From the IMG/VR virus record IMGVR_UViG_2734482597_000010: a stretch of 64,000 bases of DNA. One strand, written 5' to 3'. Below, one piece after another: positions 10,130 through 18,357 of the stretch. Position 1 is the stretch's first letter; every line of letters begins with the position of its first letter. The position numbers were made by a program, and so were the translations under genes. Source of the stretch: a virus (lineage: Duplodnaviria; Heunggongvirae; Uroviricota; Caudoviricetes). Below the pieces are notes generated by a model. That model worked only from the letters and a program-made list of their open reading frames with translations, searched no databases and was not told where the DNA came from.

Positions 10130-11152
10130 ATGCCCTGTATTTCGCTGTGGTATAATAGTTGCGCAATTGATACAAGGGAGCGTTACATCGTGAAAATTGT
10201 TTTCGAGGTTAATGGAAAGAAAGTTCCACTAAAATCTTTAAAATACATAAGCAAAAAAGATCAACTCGAAGTAATGAAAAACTGGTTCTTTGAAAACTTT
10301 GAAGATCCGGCAAATGCTTGTCCGTATGAAAGTAGAGAAGGTGGCTATGCTTACATATATGGCGGGCCGTATGATGCGAGCGAAGAACTACAATCCATCT
10401 TCGGTCAATATGTTAAATCTGAGTATATTGAGGAATTAGTAGATGAATTACAAACACAATGTTTTGACTGGTCTGGAAACTCAAATAATATAGATGATTG
10501 GTACGATGATGATATCTACGACGCTGTAACGTCTTCCGGTAATCCGTATTTAAAATTCATTGATAATATCGATAAAATAAAAAAACTTGCAAAAGATAAA
10601 ACTGAACAACAGCAAAAAAACCACTTGCTTAGTTTGCTCTACACGAATGTTATTACAGCTTTGGAAACGCTTTATGTTGAGCTATTCATTAATTCTATAG
10701 AGAAAGATGATGTCTACATAGCCAATTGTATAGAAAAAGGTAAGACTGAATTTAAAGTAAGCAAAGATATTGCTGCGTTGCCTTTCAAGGGTGAACCCAT
10801 CGAGAAAATTAGGGGAGAGCTAATCAGGTCAATCAAGGAACACTTGATCAGTGCAAGCTGGCATAGCACTAAAAAGGTAATCGACCGCTATGAAGCTACA
10901 TTCGATATAAAAGTACAAAAAGACTGTCCGATAGAAGCTATTGAATTGGCAACCCTCAATCGAAATCACTTAGTGCATCGTGGTGGAAAGGATAAAGAAG
11001 GGAACCTCGTAGTGATTACAGACCAGGATCTTGAAACGCTGATTGAAAATGCATCGAACCTGGCAATTATGCTCTACAACAGTTTAAATGTAGCAACGAA
11101 TAAAACCACCATTTTGCAACCAGATGACAAACCGTTCATTCATGAATTTTAA
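10130..11152 (+). CDS. hypothetical protein with C-terminal R-N-x-x-x-H (HEPN-like) motif; AT-rich cargo gene A
   Basis: ATG at 10130 preceded by AAGGAGG (7-nt spacer); alternative start GTG 10190. Motif RNHLVH is encoded at 10961-10978, in frame. Visibly AT-rich codon usage. No family confidently recognised. Confidence 0.6.
   Translation: MPCISLWYNSCAIDTRERYIVKIVFEVNGKKVPLKSLKYISKKDQLEVMKNWFFENFEDPANACPYESREGGYAYIYGGPYDASEELQSIFGQYVKSEYIEELVDELQTQCFDWSGNSNNIDDWYDDDIYDAVTSSGNPYLKFIDNIDKIKKLAKDKTEQQQKNHLLSLLYTNVITALETLYVELFINSIEKDDVYIANCIEKGKTEFKVSKDIAALPFKGEPIEKIRGELIRSIKEHLISASWHSTKKVIDRYEATFDIKVQKDCPIEAIELATLNRNHLVHRGGKDKEGNLVVITDQDLETLIENASNLAIMLYNSLNVATNKTTILQPDDKPFIHEF
10148..10156 (+). 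promoter_or_regulatory. candidate extended -10 promoter element TGgTATAAT
   Basis: Sequence ctgTGgTATAATag at 10148-10156; lies upstream of GTG 10190 (AAGGGAG RBS) but inside the ORF if the start is ATG 10130. Confidence 0.35.
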
Positions 11153-11167
11153 TAGCGCAGGTCATAC

Positions 11168-12169
11168 ATGGATATTCGCACACGAAAGACAAAATTTTTA
11201 GAGTCGTTAGATTCAACTGAAGTGATACGCAAAGCAGTAAGTCTCGCTATAGATTGCATTATTGATAATCATAATAGTAATGAAGATACCCCCTTAGTTA
11301 TTACCAGCTATGATGATCTCTGTAGAATCCAGGTGCTAAATTATGTACAGGAGTTTTGCGAAGCTGCATTCCCTGATATGGATGAATATTACTTTAGTCC
11401 TAACATACTTCGCATCAACGGCAAGACTAGTGAAGAAGCTTGTATTAACTTAATTAAACTCTTAAGAAGTACAAAAGGCATGCTATTCTGGTCCGATGCC
11501 CCATCGTGGTTCGCTAGCCTCCCCGACGGATTATTCCATGTTGTTAACATTGATCAAAAAATCGTTACTCGCGGCCTTAATAAGAAAAACTCTAAGCCGA
11601 CAATAATCAATAAAGATTACAGTGTAGATACACTACTATCAGAGCTATTTTTGAATGGCGCACACATGGAGCAACCCAACGTACACAACGTTTCTGAGGG
11701 AAACATGAAGTTCTATGATGAATGCCATGCTGGATTAATCAGACCAATACCCGCTCCAATAGGCGCGTCATACGATGAAGAGATCACAATTAATTCTCCA
11801 GATTGGCAAAAGCTCGCGTGTGTAGCTTTACGCCGCTATCAGTCGAAGGAATGTCATGACGGAATGCAATGGGATACAACCGATCATGGTTGGACTGATG
11901 TAATCGCGTATCCATTCGTCGAAGAAATACAATCAATGGATAATAGTGGTTATCGACAATGTTTAGTTGGGCTGGTCACAATAAACAATTCAAATGCAAA
12001 TTCTCCGTACCTATCTACCGTTTGGATACATCCATTTTATCGCAGGAGAGGGTTATTAAGTAAGTTATGGCCAAAATTACAAGAGTTATATGGAAGTAAC
12101 TTCGAAATTGAGCGACCTAATGAAAATATGAAAGCATTTCTGAAAAGTGCGAAACACGCAGATTACTAA
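11168..12169 (+). CDS. hypothetical protein, cargo gene B (333 aa; C-terminal region weakly GNAT-like)
   Basis: ORF 16 nt downstream of gene A, same strand, AT-rich; C-terminal ..VWIHPFYRRRGLLSKLWPKLQELYG.. loosely resembles acetyltransferase motif A; not a confident call. Confidence 0.55.
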   Translation: MDIRTRKTKFLESLDSTEVIRKAVSLAIDCIIDNHNSNEDTPLVITSYDDLCRIQVLNYVQEFCEAAFPDMDEYYFSPNILRINGKTSEEACINLIKLLRSTKGMLFWSDAPSWFASLPDGLFHVVNIDQKIVTRGLNKKNSKPTIINKDYSVDTLLSELFLNGAHMEQPNVHNVSEGNMKFYDECHAGLIRPIPAPIGASYDEEITINSPDWQKLACVALRRYQSKECHDGMQWDTTDHGWTDVIAYPFVEEIQSMDNSGYRQCLVGLVTINNSNANSPYLSTVWIHPFYRRRGLLSKLWPKLQELYGSNFEIERPNENMKAFLKSAKHADY

Positions 12170-12722
12170 TTTATGAATCAGTCTGTGGAGTTAGGGTTGG
12201 TGTGAACAAGTAGGGTAAGAGCCTCAACGTGATGCTATGCCGACCTGCTCCCTGAGAATTCACACAGAAGGCTGCTAGCAATGTCTGCAGATCGCTCAAA
12301 GCGGACTAAAATGTTGGCTTGTTTCTGACTTAGAGCATTTAAGGAAGTGCTGGTGGTGACTGGTTGTTGTGTTCCATTTCTACAGAATAAAATCACAGAA
12401 ACTATACCCAATAGTTGTATTGAATCACTGACGAGACAGCCTCATATTTATCAGGACTGGTGTGCGTCTAATACAGGGGGTTGTCGTGCTGGTTCTCAAA
12501 TGTGCGCTGGCTATTGCGGCTGTAATGGCAATTTATTGTCTTGCTGTTGTTCTTATGGAGCGGCTTTCTGATTGATTACATACTGGCTAGAAAAAAGGTG
12601 TTACCTTGGTTTATCTTTGTCCGGCAAGGTGCGCTCATTAATCTTAAGTAAATTTATTGCTCAAGTATTCAGATTACTTCTTATGGTTGAAGTCTCCTGT
12701 CAATGTAGAACCAATATATTTA

Positions 12723-12760
12723 CAAAAATGAGACCCGTCGGGGATAGCCCTGCCGGGTCT
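12723..12760 (-). terminator. intrinsic terminator downstream of the yeaR-like gene
   Basis: Stem AGACCCG (12731-12737) / CGGGTCT (12754-12760); on the minus strand it is followed by CATTTTTGTA. Confidence 0.5.
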
Positions 12761-12789
12761 GACTGTTAAAGCATTTTTAATATGATCAT

Positions 12790-13128
12790 CTATTTTTTGG
12801 TGCTATAGACTTTTTCGCCCGAAAAGTCTGGAGCGACCCAAAAGTTAATATTAAACTGAGCATCATCGCTTAGTTCAACACGGTGCCAGTATTGTGGTGG
12901 GCTTGTTGCAAAAGCGCCAGCATTAATGACTACTTTTATCTCCGGTTCAGTAGCATTCTCATCAGTAAAACCATAATATGTTACAGTGCCTTCCATTACG
13001 CACAACTGCCCAAAAACACCTGCTGCTGTATTATGATGTGTTAATAACGCTGAAGGTACGTTCTCTTTTGTGAAGAACGGAGTTGAGCGTTTGATTACCC
13101 AATCTTTAGGAATTCTCTTGTGTGTCAT
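12790..13128 (-). CDS. YeaR-like DUF1971 protein (112 aa)
   Basis: MTHKRIPKDWVIKRSTPFFTKENVP...VMEGTVTYYGFTDENATEPE...AGAFATSPPQYWHRVE...FNINFWVAP aligns by eye with E. coli YeaR as I recall it; GAGGAGG RBS 5 nt upstream of ATG at 13126-13128. Confidence 0.7.
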   Translation of the reverse strand: MTHKRIPKDWVIKRSTPFFTKENVPSALLTHHNTAAGVFGQLCVMEGTVTYYGFTDENATEPEIKVVINAGAFATSPPQYWHRVELSDDAQFNINFWVAPDFSGEKVYSTKK

Positions 13129-13941
13129 AACCACCTCCTCCAAAACATGCATTAAAAATGCATCTTTTGGAGGGTTATGTCAAGCTGTTATGAAACACAT
13201 AATTGATATGTTGATTAGAGGAGAAGATAGAATAAATATGGTTGTTTTTCGTATAACTATTTGTTTTACTTTTAGTTTATGCATTCTGTGTGTTAGGAAT
13301 AAGTTATTAAAGTTTAATCAAAAAATCTCGATGTAGTCCACATAGATTACTGTTACTGAACCTTATTGTGTGTATTAGTTGTGTTCTGAAATTTCAGCTT
13401 AATTATTTATGATGTATTTTTTAACGATAAATATTTTCCCAGGATACCTTTACTGTGTATATAAATAAATTATATACGCATAAATAATGTAAAGGCGTCC
13501 TTTTAGATATATCTTATCAAATGTTAATGACTTGAGTGGGAAATATGATTCCAGCAACTTATCATGTGGCTACTTTATAAAAATAATGCCCATATAAAAC
13601 AACAAGCGAAAAGGATTACGGATAAAAAAGGAGCGAGATGTGCGAACTTGTTATTTTCCATGTTTAACCACCTTAAATAATTGATGATGACGGGATGATT
13701 GCATCTGTAATGCTTTTATTGAAATGTTATGATAAAAAAGAACTTTTGCATAACATTAAAATGTAATTTATCTAATCGTTTTTAATAATAAGTGTCGTAT
13801 TTCTATCCTTGTACCAGCTATTTGATATGTAGTGTTTGTTCATGCTATGTGGGGCTTTACACCATAGCCAGTTTATTTATACTTTATTCGTCAGCCTGAA
13901 CAACTGGCATCTGCTGCGCTGCGCCATCGAGAGATTGAGAA

Positions 13942-14541
13942 ATGGCGCATATACAACTGGTCAAACAAACCTCTTCTGGTTTACTTCTCCCGGCGACGCC
14001 GGAGAGTTGCGATTTTCTGCATCAAATCAAAATAGGTGAGTGGATACACGCAGACTTTAAGCGTGTGCGTAACTACGCATTCCACAAGCGTTTTTTCAAA
14101 CTCCTGCAACTGGGATTCGATTACTGGACTCCGGTCGGTGGGGCGATCACGCCTCGCGAACGAGAACTGCTGTCTGGTTTCGTTGATTACCTGTGCGAAT
14201 CAGTTGGTCGGGAACACACGCCAGCCCTGAGTGATGCCGCAGAGCAATACCTTAACACCGTTGCGACTCGTAGAACCCGGGATACGGCGTTGCTAAAGTC
14301 GTTTGAGGCTTTCCGCGAGTGGGTAACCATTCAGGCCGGATTTTACACCGAGCATATTTATCCGGACGGTAGCCGTGGGCGTCGGGCAAAATCCATCGCT
14401 TTTGCGAATATGGACGAAGTCGAGTTTCAGCAGGTTTATAAATCTGTACTGAATGTGCTGTGGAACTGGATTCTGTTCCGTAAATTCTCCTCTCAGGAGG
14501 AAGTTGAAAATGTGGCCGCACAACTACTGGAGTTTGCGTAA
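13942..14541 (+). CDS. nin-region phage protein (199 aa), family uncertain
   Basis: ORF MAHIQLVKQTSSGLLLPATPESCDFLHQIKIGEW...; sits where lambdoid phages carry nin genes. Confidence 0.5.
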   Translation: MAHIQLVKQTSSGLLLPATPESCDFLHQIKIGEWIHADFKRVRNYAFHKRFFKLLQLGFDYWTPVGGAITPRERELLSGFVDYLCESVGREHTPALSDAAEQYLNTVATRRTRDTALLKSFEAFREWVTIQAGFYTEHIYPDGSRGRRAKSIAFANMDEVEFQQVYKSVLNVLWNWILFRKFSSQEEVENVAAQLLEFA

Positions 14542-14831
14542 TGGTGAATTTACGTAAAGCGGCTAAAGGCCAGATGTGCCAGATCAGAATCCCTGGCTAC
14601 TGCAATCACAATCCCGAAACCTCTGTGCTGGCGCATTACAGGCTGGCGGGGACGTGCGGAACAGCGACAAAACCACATGATATGCAGGCGGCGATAGCCT
14701 GTAGCTCATGCCACGATCTAATCGACGGGCGGGTAAAAACCAGCGATTACACCAAAGAAGAATTGCGCCTGATGCATGCTGAAGGGGTTTTTCGCACACA
14801 AGAAATCTGGAGAAAGAAAGGTCATTTATGA
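14541..14831 (+). CDS. YbcO-like small putative nuclease (DUF1364), 96 aa
   Basis: 96-aa ORF with four Cys (MCQIRIPGYC...CSSCHDL); length and motif recall DLP12 YbcO; ATGA overlap with upstream gene. Confidence 0.6.
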   Translation: MVNLRKAAKGQMCQIRIPGYCNHNPETSVLAHYRLAGTCGTATKPHDMQAAIACSSCHDLIDGRVKTSDYTKEELRLMHAEGVFRTQEIWRKKGHL

Positions 14832-15370
14832 TTTACCCAACGAATACAGGAAAAAGCGGAGAACACCTTCGCCTCACCACGCTGGAAAGTGTCTGGATTC
14901 AGGGAAAACTACGTATGTGGGGGCGCTGGTCGTATATTGGCGGTGGCAGGTCAGGGAATATGTTCAATCAGTTGTTGGCATCCAAAAAACTGACGAAAAC
15001 AGCCATTAATGAAGCCCTGCGCAGAATGAAAAAAGCGGGAATAGAGAAAGCTGAGCTGGAAGCGTTTTTGCGAGAGATGATCAACGGCAAGCAAAAGAGC
15101 TGGCTGGCGCATTGTACTGATGCAGAGGCGTTATGTATTGATCGAGTCATAAGTGAGGTGCTGGCAGAGCATCCAGGATTGATTTGCATTCTCCGGCAAC
15201 GCTATGAAGGGCGGGGGATGACTAAGCGCAAAATGGCTGAATTGCTAAATGATGCACACCCAGAGTGGTGTTTTAGCACATGCGAAAAACGGATTGCTAA
15301 TTGGTTAGCTGTTGCTGAGTATGCCCTATATATTCCCATGCGTGAATCATTTGCTGAGAAAATGGCTTGA
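14828..15370 (+). CDS. putative late-gene antiterminator Q-like protein (180 aa)
   Basis: Last gene of the nin region, immediately upstream of terminators and the lysis cassette; family assignment from position and overall resemblance only. Confidence 0.5.
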   Translation: MIYPTNTGKSGEHLRLTTLESVWIQGKLRMWGRWSYIGGGRSGNMFNQLLASKKLTKTAINEALRRMKKAGIEKAELEAFLREMINGKQKSWLAHCTDAEALCIDRVISEVLAEHPGLICILRQRYEGRGMTKRKMAELLNDAHPEWCFSTCEKRIANWLAVAEYALYIPMRESFAEKMA

Positions 15371-15450
15371 TTTCTTACGTATAAACTGCTTCAATTTTGC
15401 TATGCTTCGCAAAGCTGTATCGCGAGGCGGATTGCAGACATGGACATCGT

Positions 15451-15477
15451 AAAAAAACCGCTTAATGCGGTTTTTTT
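15451..15477. terminator. intrinsic terminator, possibly bidirectional
   Basis: AAAAAAA-ACCGC-TTAAT-GCGGT-TTTTTTT, 81 nt after the Q-like stop. Confidence 0.7.
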
Positions 15478-15797
15478 ACGTCAGGAAAGCAGGGGAGAAT
15501 GCTGCTAGTTGGGCAACTGGTCTTTCTGCTCCAAATTATAACAGAGACCAGTTATAGTTTCGGTGCTGTGTTTTTTTTACAATATTGTGATAACACATTG
15601 CTGGCGGGAGTTTTGATATTTCTTGGCAGGGGCTGATGATGCGTTATCCTGATGTCGTCAACTCATATAAAATGAGATGAGAGATCATTGCAGGGTGGTT
15701 TGTAATTCGCTGTTTAGCGGGACAATATGTTGTCTGATACAAGACACCCGACGCCTCAGATTACTATAATAAAGACGAAGCATCCTTTGTATTGACC

Positions 15798-15823
15798 AAC
15801 CGCCTGTTTAGGCGGTTCTTTTT
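15798..15823 (+). terminator. intrinsic terminator (tR'-like candidate)
   Basis: AACCGCC-TGTTTA-GGCGGTT followed by CTTTTT; a TATAAT hexamer lies at 15765-15770. Confidence 0.55.
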
Positions 15824-16355
15824 GGGCTGGTTTATTGTATGCCAAATGATTATTAAAAAGGTTGTGTTAATAACAAGATCCGAAATAATATGCCTGCATA
15901 TTTTTATCTTGCTTATATTCTGCATATTGTGCATAGCAGGCTCATCCCTGCAATCAAAACTGTATGATGAGTATTTTTTGTTTTCCTTTTTTCCAGTCAT
16001 CTGATGATGACCTGCTTCTTTTTAATCCGGATCGACATCAGTTTTTTAAGATAATTCCTGCGAGTTATATGCATAAATGCCACAAACTCCGCATTTTATG
16101 TGGTTGGGAGTTGCCGGGCGCGCAGTGAGTTTGCTAAGAAAACTCCTGCATGGTGAATCCCCCTGTGCGGTGGGGTGATACCATTAACCTTTTCTGTCGC
16201 CGACAGGTATCACGAACATTTTGTTCACCGGGAGGCACCCGGCACCATGCACTTCAATAGATTCTCTCCACATTATGGATATTCTTTCAGAATATCCCAC
16301 GCAGACTTTGTGTAAATGTTAACAAATGTGCGTTTTATTTGATCTGATTCGCTGT

Positions 16356-16385
16356 TTGAGCGTCCAAAACAACGGTATATATAAT
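16356..16385 (+). promoter_or_regulatory. candidate sigma70 promoter of the lipoprotein moron
   Basis: TTGAGC (16356-16361), 18-nt spacer, TATAAT (16380-16385); about 30 nt upstream of GAGGAAAA RBS and ATG 16415. Confidence 0.35.
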
Positions 16386-16414
16386 CCTTTACTATATGAC
16401 ATATGTGAGGAAAA

Positions 16415-16843
16415 ATGGGTTTTCGTAGCGCATCAATTCTTACGTTGATTATTAGTGGGATTATTATCGGGTGCACTGATGCTGTATCGACAAATTATCA
16501 TGACCGTACATCATATTACTCCGATAAAGCAATAGAGACACAGTATGTGAGTTCATCTGAACGTACTTCTGATGTTAGTGAGGATATCCGTCTGTATGCC
16601 CATCAAATCAAGAGCGCCATCGAAAAACAGTTCGGGGATGCGAGTAAGTATTCAGGAAAAGAGTGTACACTGAGAATGCATATGGCCCCGAATGGCCTTC
16701 TACTGGAGGTTAAAAGAGAAAGTGGAGACCTCGATTTATGTCGTGAAGCGATGAATGCGATAAAGAATGCTGATATACCTGCCCCCCCTTCGCCGGAAGT
16801 ATATAAAGTATTTCAAAATGGGGTGCTGGATTTTAAACCCTGA
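16415..16843 (+). CDS. outer-membrane lipoprotein with TolA C-terminal (domain III)-like domain (142 aa)
   Basis: Signal peptide with lipobox IIGC and Thr at +2; C-terminal ~90 aa (...HQIKSAIEKQFGDASKYSGKECTLRMHMAPNGLLLEVKRESGDLDLCREAMNAIKNADIPAPPSPEVYKVFQNGVLDFKP) aligns with my recollection of the E. coli TolA C-terminus (...IKSAIESKF...GKTCTLRIKLAPDGMLLDIKPEGGDPALC...IPKPPSQAVYEVFKNAPLDFKP). Confidence 0.7.
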   Translation: MGFRSASILTLIISGIIIGCTDAVSTNYHDRTSYYSDKAIETQYVSSSERTSDVSEDIRLYAHQIKSAIEKQFGDASKYSGKECTLRMHMAPNGLLLEVKRESGDLDLCREAMNAIKNADIPAPPSPEVYKVFQNGVLDFKP

Positions 16844-16993
16844 TATTTATTGTTTTGTAATAAACGGTTTCGGCTTAGGTTTGTTCTGACACAGCTACGG
16901 CACTGAGCTAAATTTAGCGGATAGTCAGCTCTGAGCCAGTGGCGGACGTAACAACTACTATTGCTGAGATTTTAATGGATTGAGGAGCAAGAA

Positions 16994-17389
16994 GTGGGAT
17001 TAAAGAAAATCGTTATGTTGACTTTTTGGGTCGGTTTTGTTGCGGGATGCACACCTTTACACCCTTCAGATTGCCACAAAACTACTGCTACAGGTAGTTG
17101 CAGTTCAGGACGCTGGGATGATCAGGATGAATGGGGGGCGCAAGCGCGGGGAATCAGAGCTGCAATTAATGCCAAACTTGATGAGCCGCATAACTGGAAA
17201 GGGAAAAAATGCAGGTTGCATATGGAATTCTCTCAGGATGGCACGGCGTTAAAAATATCTACCAGTAACGGTGATAAAGCCTATTGCGAAGCGATAAAGT
17301 CCGCAGCTCATAAAGCCAAATTTCCGGCCTTCAACAATCCGGAAGTCTACAGAGATTTTCAGAAATCTGGCTTTGACATGCGAGGTTAG
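16994..17389 (+). CDS. second lipoprotein, divergent paralogue of the TolA-domain-III-like protein (131 aa)
   Basis: GTG start with GAGGAG RBS; lipobox VAGC, Thr at +2; shares KxCxLxM...G..L.......GD...C.A...A...A..PA...PEVY..FQ..G.D pattern with the upstream gene. Confidence 0.6.
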   Translation: MGLKKIVMLTFWVGFVAGCTPLHPSDCHKTTATGSCSSGRWDDQDEWGAQARGIRAAINAKLDEPHNWKGKKCRLHMEFSQDGTALKISTSNGDKAYCEAIKSAAHKAKFPAFNNPEVYRDFQKSGFDMRG

Positions 17390-17514
17390 CTCTTCAATTA
17401 CTATATCTCATTCATAGCAAACTGACAGATTTGATGATGTTCTATATACGAAACCTGTGATGTCAAGTCTGAGCTAATACAAATAAACATAATATCAGAG
17501 AAATACATTTTATT

Positions 17515-17537
17515 AGCTCGCTACGGCGAGCTTTTTA
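17515..17537 (+). terminator. intrinsic terminator closing the lipoprotein moron
   Basis: AGCTCGC-TACG-GCGAGCT followed by TTTTTAT. Confidence 0.6.
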
Positions 17538-17640
17538 TATTGCATCGTCTCCAGCATATATATCAATTAAGGCTCTGATTGATGTGTCTGAAAGCCTACA
17601 CATAATAACTATGCCATCCGTTCCGTGCGGAGGTGAGGCT

Positions 17641-17860
17641 ATGAAATCCATGGACAAAATTTCAACAGGCATTGCCTACGGCACCTCCGCAGGCAGTGCT
17701 GGCTACTGGTTTTTACAGTTGCNNNNNNNNNNNNNNNNNNNNNNNNNNNNNNNCTGCAATCGGTGTGCTGGGTAGTCTGGTATTTGGCCTGCTGACGTAC
17801 CTGACAAACCTTTATTTCAAGATTAAAGAAGATAAGCGCAAGGCTGCGAGAGGTGAATAA
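17641..17860 (+). CDS. phage-21-type class II holin (S21/pinholin-like), interrupted by N run 17723-17753
   Basis: [26 protein letters not shown]...[gap]...[34 protein letters not shown]; GGAGGTGA RBS; the frame break is caused by the N run. Confidence 0.8.
17723..17753. other. assembly gap (31 N) inside the holin gene
   Basis: Run of N. Confidence 1.
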
Positions 17861-18357
17861 TGTCGCCATCATTACGCAAGGCTGTTGCAGCTGCTATTGG
17901 TGGTGGGGCTGTTGCTATAGCATCTGTGTTAATCACTGGCCCAGGTGGTAACGATGGTCTGGAAGGTGTCAGCTACATACCATACAAAGATATTGTTGGT
18001 GTATGGACTGTATGTCACGGGCATACAGGAAAAGACATCATGCTCGGTAAAACGTATACCAAAGCAGAATGCAAAACACTCTTGAATAAAGACCTTGCCA
18101 CTGTCGCCAGACAAATTAACCCGTACATCAAAGTCGATATACCGGAAACAACGCGCGGCGCTCTTTACTCATTCGTTTACAACGTGGGTGCTGGCAATTT
18201 CAGAACATCGACGCTTCTTCGCAAAATAAACCAGGGCGATATCAAAGGCGCATGTGATCAGCTACGTCGCTGGACATATGCTGGCGGTAAGCAATGGAAA
18301 GGTCTCATGACTCGTCGTGAGATTGAGCGTGAAATCTGTTTGTGGGGTCAGCAATGA
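17860..18357 (+). CDS. SAR endolysin (lysozyme, R21-like), 165 aa
   Basis: N-terminal signal-anchor-release segment [23 protein letters not shown] followed by a lysozyme-like domain; directly downstream of the holin. Confidence 0.85.
   Translation: MSPSLRKAVAAAIGGGAVAIASVLITGPGGNDGLEGVSYIPYKDIVGVWTVCHGHTGKDIMLGKTYTKAECKTLLNKDLATVARQINPYIKVDIPETTRGALYSFVYNVGAGNFRTSTLLRKINQGDIKGACDQLRRWTYAGGKQWKGLMTRREIEREICLWGQQ

Noticed and set aside
15764-16004. Overlapping small ORFs (70 and 78 aa) in the Q-to-moron spacer, one encoding a very hydrophobic peptide
   Set aside because: AT-rich intergenic DNA yields Phe/Ile/Leu-rich chance ORFs; the plus-strand one starts with TTG inside the terminator hairpin and has no RBS.
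15480-17600. tRNA genes in the Q-to-lysis region, as found in some Stx phages
   Set aside because: No cloverleaf-compatible segment or T-loop consensus (GTTCGAATC-type) found by eye; the region is explained by terminators and the lipoprotein moron. A tRNAscan run would confirm.
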